In this document: one piece after another, positions 53,906 to 64,000 of the stretch | Layout: the number at the start of each line of letters is the position of its first letter | Position numbering within the stretch: position 1 is the stretch's first letter | NCBI GenBank assembly: GCA_951406725.2 | Contig: OX597826.1 | Coordinates: forward strand, 48,050,001 to 48,114,000 | Direction of reading: 5' to 3' | DNA: 64,000 nucleotides | From: Octopus vulgaris | Lineage: Eukaryota | The notes under the pieces: model-generated | What the model was told of the DNA's origin: nothing | What the model saw: only the letters and a program-made list of their open reading frames with translations | Database searches by the model: none | Made by a program: the position numbers and the translations under genes

Positions 53906-54240
53906 TTAGAGACAAAACCACTATTTTGCAAAACAAACAAGGAAAGACTTAATCAATACATAAAATTTTAATAAAAGTAAAAAATAAAACTGCCACTACA
54001 ATTGTTTCATGTCTTGAACGACAATCTTCAGGTGGATTTCCGATTTTCAAATCAGTTTCAATTTTTTTTTTTTTTACTTTTATTAAAATTTTATGTATTG
54101 ATTAAGTCTTTCCGTGTTTGTTTTGCAAAATAGTGGTTTTGTCTCTAATTAATATTATATAATATTTTACTATAACATTGGATTTAATCCTAAATCTGAT
54201 TTTTTCCCTGTAAATTTGGATTTATTCCCTAATATTTATT
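53893..54240. mobile_element. Fold-back insert with HHR, in (TA)n
   Basis: About 90-nt arms 53893-53984 / 54070-54161, near identical; unique 3' extension to 54240. Confidence 0.8.
53993..54035 (-). ncRNA. Minimal type I HHR motif
   Basis: CCAC-CTGAAGA-TTGTC-GTTCAA-GACAT-GAAA-CAATTG-TA-GTGG; palindromic helix III ACAATTGT. Confidence 0.85.
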
Positions 54241-54255
54241 ATATATATATATATA

Positions 54256-54428
54256 GGGAGAGTTTACGAAAAACACAAAAGACGAAGACAGGCGGTGTAT
54301 AAAACAAACAGATGTATTAGTATAACGCTCAGGAATAGAAAAAGTCTTTTACATTTCGAGCCTACGCTCTTCTACAGAAAGGGACACAGAAGAAAAACAA
54401 GGAGAGAAAAAAATGTGTGTAGTGGCTA
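54256..54428 (-). mobile_element. Short insert with a variant HHR, in (TA)n
   Basis: Minus CTTT-CTGTAGA-AGAGCGTAGGCTC-GAAA-TG-TA-AAAG at 54381-54346. Confidence 0.7.
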
Positions 54429-54458
54429 TATATATAGTGGGCTTCTTTTAGTTTCTGT

Positions 54459-54665
54459 CCATGACGTAAAATGAAACCTTGATGAATTCTTTGCCATGAA
54501 ACCACCTCAATTCTGGGAAGAGAGTATTTTCAAGTTAAAGGAAAGATGGAGATGCATTGGGCAACAAAATGGTTCATATTTGGTTGATTAAAAATGTAGT
54601 GGCAAATATTTATTGACCTTTTACTTTCCTTTAAAAATCAGCAAGAACTTTCCGGACAACCCAAT
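54459..54665 (+). mobile_element. mariner 3' end interrupting a minus-strand SINE A head (54438-54795)
   Basis: LDEFFAMKPPQFWEESIFKLKERWRCIGQQNGSYLVD* followed by the TIR-like GAACTTTCCGGACAACCCAAT. Confidence 0.8.
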
Positions 54666-54983
54666 TCTTTTCTGTCCAACTAAAAGGATTTTAGTTGGAC
54701 TAGGGCAATAGCAGATGACATTTGCACAAGGTACCAAGCAGTGAGACTGAACCCAAGATCATATGGTTCGAAAGCAAAGTTACTACCGCACAGCAAAATT
54801 TATCATGACATACATTCCGTATCACTGTAAAGCAAACACACACACACACACACACTCATTAAATAATGTAATCTGAAAGACTGGATTCTTGATAAGTAAA
54901 GATTTATGACTGCTGTTTGTATTTCTTTCATTAGAAATAGGTTTGATTAGGGTTGGCCAAGAGCTAAACAACAACAACATTGT

Positions 54984-55571
54984 GGAGGCGCAATGGCCCA
55001 GTGGTTAGGGCAGCGAACTCGCGTTCGTAAGAACGCGGTTTCGATTCCCAGACCGGGCATTGTGAGTGTTTATTGAGCAAAAACGCCTAAGCTTCACGAA
55101 GCCCCTTTGGGGGAGGGGGTTAACCCCACTGTACTCTTTCACCACAACTTTCTCTCACTCTTTCTTCCTACTTCTGCCACAAAGCAGAGAAATCATAGTG
55201 TAACCTACTATGGTGTGGTAGACTTTCAGACCCTAGTCTAGATTGTGAATCCTCTGTACCCCAGGATCGTTCAGCTCTCCACCCGTTAAAAGCCAATGCT
55301 TACGGAATGAGGATAGCAACGTAGCTTTCGCGCCCATGCAACCGCCAGTCTATTGCGTGTGGTAGGTTGATCTTCAATTTGCTACACGCATTCTTAGTAG
55401 CTTACAGTAGGCTCGAATTAGAGATTATTCTTTGTGGCTAATGGCATGAGTCCTGATTGGAAGAAGAAGAAGAAGAAGAAGAAGAAGAAGAAGAAGAAGA
55501 AGAAGAAGAAGAAGAAGAAGAAGAAGAAGAAGAAGAAGAAGAAGAAGAAGAAGAAGAAGAAGAAGAAGAAG
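54984..55571 (+). mobile_element. SINE C (body type 3) ending in (GAA)n
   Basis: tRNA head 54984-55170 shared with 3209 and 14728, a distinct body 55172-55460, then (GAA)n. Confidence 0.65.
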
Positions 55572-56647
55572 ACGACGACGACGACGACGACAACTCTAGT
55601 GCTCCACTGTTGCATATTGACAATTTCTTAACTATAAAATTCGTAGGTTTATAAAACAATCAGATGAGATTATGCAATATTCATTCTCAGAATCAGGGAT
55701 AACGTAAGATTAGCACTACAGGCAGAAAATGAAACTAGGTCTTGGGCTCAGCTTACCAGCTGATCACGTCACATTGACTGCATGTACTCAACCCCACTGC
55801 CACTACCACCAGTACTACCACCTCTGCTACAATAACCATCACCACCAACACCACAACTACCACCCCTATTACCCATACAACTAACACCATCACTTCTACC
55901 CGCGCCGTCCTTACATACGATGGCGACTATTTTCACTGGTATGTTTCCTTTTCATGTGTTAGATATTTCATTTTGAAATAGTTTTTAATAAATAAAAATA
56001 ATTAAACCAATTAAGAAAGATAAATTCAGGCAAAATAAATGTTTGGGTAGAAAGAAAGCAAAAAAAAAAAAAAAATAGAAAACATTTAAAAAATGAAAAT
56101 TTTAGACTTGAACAGAGACGTAAAGAATTCTTAATTGTAAAACCCCCACCCGCTTCTGTACCATAAGAATACTTTTCAGGTTTCTATAGAAAGCCATTTC
56201 GCTACTGTTTTAAATGCAACTAATCCCAACTAGTTCAGTTTCTGAAAAACTTATTTTTTAGCAAACTTTATTTTTATTTTTTACCGTTTCTTTTCTCTTC
56301 TTTGACTTGACTAACAGCTTTAATTTCACCCACATCATAGTATCAGCTCTTGTTTCTTGTGTTCTCTCTCGTTTCCTTTCGTTCGTTCTCGCATGTACAT
56401 TTTTGTGTGTTTGTGTGTGTATGTGCGTGTGTGTATGTATGCTTTCTGTGTGTGTGTGTATGTGGTTTTTTTGGGGGGGGTTTGGGGGGGGGGGGGTTCC
56501 TCTTTTCGACGGAACATTGCTTCTTAGTACAAAATTTATCACTTGAAATTAATCCTTGAAAGCCAAAACAGTAAAAACAAACAACGCAAATTATGGGATT
56601 AACTTGGACTAGTTGTGATTGAACAATGTTTTAATAGCAAATCATTA

Positions 56648-56697
<50 letters not shown>

Positions 56698-57597
56698 ACA
56701 CACTCACACACAAACAAAAAAACTCTTAACCACACAATTAGTGTCATGCAGTCCCTTTCTTGTTTGATGCATTTTTCCCACGAGATTTAGCTGTATTTAT
56801 AAACTAACAACGCCAACAAAGAATTACTTGGGTACAAAAACAGCTCTCGCAATACACCTCCTCTTTTTATTTGTTTATTTATTTATTTATTTATTCATTC
56901 ATTTGTGTAGTTATTTATTTATTTATTTATTTATTTGTTTATTTATATTAATGTAAAACGGAAATGGATTCCAAGAGATGGAGGCAAGCAAATAATGACA
57001 TGACCTTTGGGGGGGGGGAGGAGAACAGGGGTGCTCAGAAAGACAAGCAAAATAGTTTTTCTTTGTTGGGTCATCAAGAACACAAGCCAGAACAAATGGA
57101 ATCGATATAAATTTGGTGCATAAGAGATTTGGTAATCAGGTCGTCCTATTTATGCAAAAAATAAAAATAAAAATAAAAATAACAATAATAATAATAATAA
57201 TAATAATAATTGCTTAATTAAGCAGACTTACATCAAGTCATAAGAATTTGTTCAGCTATTTGTTTTGACAATGATCATTCATAAGAATTCTTTGACTGCG
57301 AAAGAATAAGCCAATTCCAATTGCTAGAATTTCTCAGTGCATTTTTTTTTTGTTTTTTATTCTTTGCTTTTTGCTGCTACAATCTGGAAACTACTTATTC
57401 AAGTACTAATAACTACCATTTCTTATCAGGACATTCCACAGGGGCCTTTGATATTAATGAGAGAGAGTGGGAGTGAAAAAGGAATCCTTAACAATGAACC
57501 TGGTCAGCACTATCGCAAGGCACACTGAGCAGTTGTCCAGGAGCCTTGTGGGTCTAGGGGCCTAATTCTGATCTATATATAGTGTGATTTATTGTAT

Positions 57598-57886
57598 GAA
57601 AGCATGTGGCCTAATGGTTAGACTGTTGCACCCACGATCACTAGTTCATGGGTTCAACTCCCGGACCAGTTGGTATGCTCTGTTCTTGAACAAAAAACAT
57701 CATTTCACATAGTTCCAATCCCCTTTTGATCAAGGATGAGTGTTGGCCTGCTCACCTAGACAGTGGGGTGGCATCATTTGATGGCTAAAACAATGCAAAG
57801 TGCATTGTTACCAGCGATGTGTAGCAGCATCTGATAGTCTGGTTGGTCACATGATCACATGGTCACATGATCACATGGTCACGTGA
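57598..57886 (+). mobile_element. tRNA-derived SINE with a (GATCACAT/GGTCACAT)n tail
   Basis: GTGGCCTAATGGTTAG...GGGTTCAACTCCCGG boxes and an 8-bp tandem tail. Confidence 0.7.
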
Positions 57887-58195
57887 TTTTGTGTGATTTA
57901 CTAATAGAAACTAAATACCAGAGGGCTTAGTGTATTGCTTTACCTAAGGGTGCTAAGATAGCTCTGGATTCGGTCCAAACACATCCAATAGCATTATACA
58001 AACAGCAAAGTGCATCATATCAGTTGTGTACAGAGTGGGCCAAAAGTCATGCAGAAAATTTGTTCAATACACTCCAAAATTGTCAAAGACATTCTTCATT
58101 TCTTCTAAAATTGGATAAAATGGAACAAAATGATGATGAATATACACATGATGAACAAAATAAATAAATAAATAAATAACTAAATAAATAATAAC

Positions 58196-58240
<45 letters not shown>

Positions 58241-58252
58241 TAATAATAATAA

Positions 58253-58698
58253 ATATTCTGCTCAATACCATAGATTTGCTTGTCAGTTGTTTGACCGTAA
58301 CCAGTTGAGCATGTCCCTCAGTGGCTGATGATATGTGCATCTCTAATCATGAGCAGAAGTAGTTGGGGAGCATCATAGCCATGTGTTGAGAGGGATTCTT
58401 TGAGGTTTGAATAATTCACCTCTGGAAACATGGGTGTTTCATTCAACATCCTTAAACAACCCTTATTCAGGGATCTTTTGAGCAAGATGGGTTACTCGAC
58501 CAGAAGAAAATTCTAACTGGGCCCCACCTGCAAGGTCATGTGCTGTTTATCTTGATATGAGATCACCATGTCGCACACACATGGTTGTGATGCATGTGCC
58601 TAGTGTACCCTTATCAGACGGCTAGTCATGATTGGTATACTGGGCTTCATATATTTTACCCCAATGACACTTTGATAGCATGCAACGCTCTCTCACTC
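58253..58698. mobile_element. Unclassified complex insert within (AAT)n
   Basis: About 445 nt of balanced-composition sequence bounded by (AAT)n on both sides. Confidence 0.45.
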
Positions 58699-58751
<53 letters not shown>

Positions 58752-58752
<1 letters not shown>

Positions 58753-58996
58753 CCTTTCTACTACAGGCACAAGGTGTGAAAGTTATGGTGAGAGGGGACT
58801 AGTCAATTACATTGACCCCAGTGCATAACTGGTACTTATTTTATTGAACCCCCAAAAGGCAGAAAAGGCAAAGTTGTCCTCAGTGGAATTTGAACTCAGA
58901 ACATAAAGACAGACAAAATACCACCAAACATATTTCTCAATGTGCTAACAATTCTTCCTGTTCACCACCTTAGTAATATTAATGATGATGATGATG

Positions 58997-59028
<32 letters not shown>

Positions 59029-59046
59029 TGTAATAATAATAATAAC

Positions 59047-59091
<45 letters not shown>

Positions 59092-59395
59092 TGTAATAAT
59101 AATAATAACAATAATAATAATAATAATAATAATGATCTTTTCTACTAAAAGCACAAGGCCTGAAAATTCTGGGAGGAGAAGACTAGTCAATTACATCAAT
59201 CACCACACCAGTGTGTAAGTGGTACTTATTTCATCAACCATAAAAGGATGAAAGGCAAAGTTGACCTCAATAGAATTTGAACTCAGAACATAAAGACAGA
59301 CAAAGTATAACTAAGCATTTTTCCCAGTGAACTAATGATTCTTCCAGTTCACCACCTTAGTAATAAAATTGATAATAATAATAATAATGATAATA

Positions 59396-59448
<53 letters not shown>

Positions 59449-59630
59449 CTTTTGTACTATGTACACAACGACCGAAATACTGGTACTTAACTGGTACTTA
59501 TTTCATAGACACTGAAAGGATGGCAGGTAAAGACAACCTTGGTAGAATTTGATCTCAGATTGTAAAGATGGATGAAATGCCACTAAGCATTTTGACCAGC
59601 ATGCTATCGATTCTACCAGGTCACCATCTC

Positions 59631-59692
<62 letters not shown>

Positions 59693-59693
59693 C

Positions 59694-59778
<85 letters not shown>

Positions 59779-59950
59779 GCAGTATTTCGTCTGTCTTTAC
59801 GTTCTGAGTTCAAATTCCACCAATTTTGACTTTGCCTTTCATCCTTTTGGGGCTGATAAATTAAGTTTTAGTTGCGTTCTGGAGTCAATCTAATTGACTG
59901 GCCCTCTCCCCCAAAATATCAGGCCTTGTGTGCTTAGGGTAGAAAAGATT
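58752..59950. mobile_element. Cluster of four SINE B copies in (AAT)n
   Basis: Minus copies at about 58752-58970, 59135-59360 and 59450-59628; plus copy at 59777-59950. Confidence 0.85.
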
Positions 59951-59975
59951 ATTATCACCATTATTATTATTATTA

Positions 59976-60027
<52 letters not shown>

Positions 60028-61008
60028 GCATTTAATAATAATTTTGGGCCATTCTGTATTTATCAAGCTTTTAATATTTTTTATATTTTGAGTTCAAATA
60101 CTAGCAGGACCAACCTTGATTTTTCATTAAAATTAAGGACGATAAGATAAGATCCAAGGAAGCACTGCAATCAATTAAATTAATTACACACCTTCTCATG
60201 ATTTATGACATAGAGGTAAAGGAGTTAGAAACCAACTAATGAAGAGGAAAAGATGATTAGTAAAGAAATACCCTATAGACTGGACAGAGGTCAGACATGG
60301 TAGTGTGTCAGGTTTAAGATGACCAATATTTATGGTGTTCAATTCATATTGGAAAGTAATAAGATGTTGTGTTTGACGTAAAGGAAGAGGAGGAGGAGAC
60401 CTTTAATCTGCATGTTTGTTACAATCACTCACGAAGTCACACCCAGTGTCCTAGAATGAGTGAAGGATAAGAGATGTTACAGTATAACTGAAAGTTTGTA
60501 GGGGGCAAGTGACACGGGCAGTAGTGAAATATCTTCCTGTAATAAAACACATACATTTAAATTGATAGGGTTTTTCTAAACATGTGGGCAGTACTTGTCA
60601 GCACAATATTTTGGATTTCTCTGAGACATGGTTCTCCTGGGATACTATCTGACACATCTTTTGATGATTGTGCTGGTGGTGATGATAATGATGATTGTGG
60701 TGGTGGTGATGGTAATGATGATCATGATCACCCACACACAAACACACATACAAGATGTTCAGGCTAAATTAGCTGACTGGTCAGGTAGCTCTTTCATTTT
60801 GGCATCCTCTAACTCATTAATTTCTTCACCCACCTCATCATTCATGTTCCACCATTTACTGGCATTGCAGTAACCATTATGCCCAGTGTGCTTACCTCAG
60901 AACATCATCCCACTGGCATCTCCTCCCTAATCATATCATTCCTACAGCTGTTGAACTTTAACAATTTAAACACAACATTAACAAAACCAAGCTCTCCTCT
61001 TTTGGAGA

Positions 61009-61135
61009 GCCAACCAAGTAAAGAGCACTACCTCTTCCTCTTGACTTAGCAAGTAAAAATATTTTAAAAACGTGCCAACCAAGTAAAGAGCACTACCTCT
61101 TCCTCTTAACTTAGCAAGTAAAAATATGTTAAAAG
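61009..61135. repeat. 65-bp tandem duplication
   Basis: GCCAACCAAGTAAAGAGCACTACCTCTTCCTCTT.ACTTAGCAAGTAAAAATAT at 61009 and 61074. Confidence 0.9.
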
Positions 61136-61876
61136 CACAAGCTTACAGAAGTAATATTTCTGCCTGCTTTGTTCATTCTAGAATGGCAAAACAATAGAAC
61201 AAGGAAGTATTTATTATAAAAATAATAAATATTTCCAGATGGATGTTGAAACAGAAGTTGAAAGAGAAGCATTTGTGCAGTGCTGTTGTGCCAAATTGAA
61301 ATATTCTACAAGCTAGTATTTACATTTTTTTCTACTCCAAGTTTTACTATTAAGAAAGAATTTGCTTTATATCTCTTGAAGTTTCTAAATTCTTTTAATG
61401 TAAACATCATATAATCTTTGCTGGTAAAAACAGAGCCTGTAATATGGATGGAGAAAACTGAAAGTGTTGCTTTGGTATAAGGGTTTGAACATCACTCATG
61501 TTTACAGAAGATCTATGACTGAGACCTACTGGTAGCCTTTCCCTTCTTTCCTTTTAAAGGGTTTTTTTTAAACCCAATATTCTATATGCTATTATTTACT
61601 TCATAAACAACAAAATATAACAAGGCATGGAATGAAAGCTTTTAACTGGGAACTTATTAGTGGCAGCATATGATCACTGAAGACTTGGTTACTGGAATTT
61701 TATGATGCCATATTTTTTTAACTATGACATCGATAAATTTCATTCTAAAGTGAGAAAATATGGTAGAAAACAGACACCTTTTTTGTTTTCTTTTTAAGGC
61801 TTGTTTTCACTGTCTTTTGTTTAGGTTCTCCGCACAAATACGTATCTAAGTTGTTTGTTATTGCTATTGTTATTAT

Positions 61877-62685
61877 TAGCATGCCAGACAAAATGTTTTT
61901 TCTGGTATTTCTCCCGTCTTTACATTCTGAGTTCAAATTCCACTGAGGCCGACTTTACTTTGCATCCTTTCACATCATCATCATCATCATCATCGTTTAA
62001 CGTCCGCTTTCCATGCTAGCATGGGTTGGACGGTTCAACTGGGGTCTGGCAAGCCCGAAGGCTGCACCAGGCCAGTCAGATCTGGCAGTGTTTCTACAGC
62101 TGGATGCCCTTCCTAATGCCAACCACTCCGAGAGTACCTGTCGAGACCTAGGGTTGATGCAATCAATAAACCACTACCTCCAAAATTTCAGGCCCTGTGC
62201 CTCTAGTAGACAGGATTGTTATTATTATAACGTGTAAGAAGGTGGCGAGCTGGCAGAATTGTTAGCATGGTGGACAAAATGCTTAGCAGTATTTCACCTG
62301 TCGCTACATTCTGAATTCAAATTCCACCTTGGTAGATTTTACCTTTCATCCTTTCAGGATCGATAAATCGAAGGACCAGTTGAGTACTGGCGTTGATGTA
62401 ATTGCCTATTCCTCTCCTCCAAATTTCAGGCCTTGTGCCAATAATAGAAAGGATTATTATTATTACTGTGGTGAGCTGGCAGAACTGTTAATTTGCCGGG
62501 TAAAATGCTCAGACGTATTTCATCCATCTTTGCATTCTGAACTCAAATTCTGCCGAGGTCGACTTTTCTTTCCATACTTTCAGGGTTGATAAAATAAGTA
62601 CCAGTTGCACACTCAGGTGGTCAATGTAATTGACTTACCTTATTCCATGAACTTGCTGGCCTTGTGCCAAAATTTGAAACCATTA
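61877..62685 (+). mobile_element. Three tandem SINE B copies; the first is interrupted by a minus-strand RTE tail (61972-62135)
   Basis: SINE cores at about 61877, 62239 and 62468; (CAT)n-GTTTAACGTCCGCTTTCCATGC RTE end. Confidence 0.85.
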
Positions 62686-62790
62686 TTATTATTCATTATA
62701 CTGTATACGTTACATATAATAACAAAATTATATTTCATGAATATACATATACATACGAATATAATTATTTATTTATTTAATATTATCATA

Positions 62791-62836
<46 letters not shown>

Positions 62837-63291
62837 GATTATTATTACTATGATCATCATCATTTTTATTATTCCATTTCCAGTATAAATATGAATATGA
62901 AGACTTTGCAAGTGAGAGATGTCATCTAACTCTAGCACGAACAGAGTGAACATGAATTCCAAATTGTTGATGATGCCATGAAAATTGTATGATACAAAGA
63001 AAACAGCAGAATAGAATACATTGAACCCCAGGAGGTTTTTATATCAAGAAGACATAAGAGACAATGGAAACAATGAAATAAAAGCTATTCTATGGAATTA
63101 AAACCTAATTCTTACCAAGAACGGTTTAAAGAAGAAGCTAACAACATTTCATCACAGCTTTTGCTCTTTTATATTTCTGTCATGTTTTTTTTTATCTCAA
63201 AAACAATGGCTCTTAACAATATTTCTCAATTATCTCTGTAGAGCATACCTAAAATACATACATGCATTATATATATATATATGTGTGTATG

Positions 63292-63343
<52 letters not shown>

Positions 63344-63445
63344 CACAAAATTTGCAAATACATATACATAAATTCATATACAGATATACATATAATTATA
63401 TATGTGTATATTTATATATATATATATATATACAAACATATATAC

Positions 63446-63482
<37 letters not shown>

Positions 63483-63658
63483 TATATGTATATATATGTA
63501 TATATACATGCATATATATGTATGTATATGCATATATAAGTATATATGTATAGGTATTTATATACATAGGTATTTATATCTATATACTGATATATATATA
63601 TATATATACTTACATACATAACTATATCTATATATACACACATGTACTTATATATATA

Positions 63659-63692
<34 letters not shown>

Positions 63693-63768
63693 TACATATA
63701 TAGGTACATATATATATATATATATATAAACTGACATATAATTATATTTATATATATATTTAAATCTA

Positions 63769-63811
<43 letters not shown>

Positions 63812-64000
63812 GCACATTCACACATACTTACATGCACACACACACATACACATGTAATAAGTGTGCACATGCATGACAAGGAAGTTGTTGGGATTCCTCC
63901 TATCTACAAATGATCAACATGTCCTAGCCACCGGAGGGCGTGTTAGTTCATAATTAGCTATCACCTTCTAATGTTTGTTCAGCTAATCCTGATAACAAAA

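Noticed and set aside
55225-55240. ACCCTA as a telomerase RNA template
   Set aside because: Too short to template TTAGGG with an alignment region, and it sits within a SINE-like element

Overview
AT-rich, microsatellite-dense eukaryotic DNA. The repeat landscape suggests a cephalopod, most likely Octopus, but that is an inference from repeat content only. I find no supportable host protein-coding exon: nearly all listed ORFs are microsatellite read-throughs or decayed transposon fragments. The window is a mosaic of tRNA-derived SINE families (A, B, C and others), RTE-clade LINE fragments, mariner/Tc1 relics, Helitrons, MITEs and decayed Penelope-like elements (PLEs, GIY-YIG endonuclease). The main signal is a set of about 15 short non-coding inserts from several unrelated families. 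Almost all sit in or beside (TA)n/(TG)n tracts, and eleven carry minimal type I hammerhead ribozyme (HHR) motifs, some intact and some decayed. Five form fold-back inverted repeats, the largest a near-perfect 372-bp-arm palindrome at 913-1661. Two families carry recurrent non-canonical cores (CCGAnGA, CUGUnGA), and one PLE end places a tRNA-like Pol III promoter upstream of its HHR. All structures were read by eye; no folding or database search was run.
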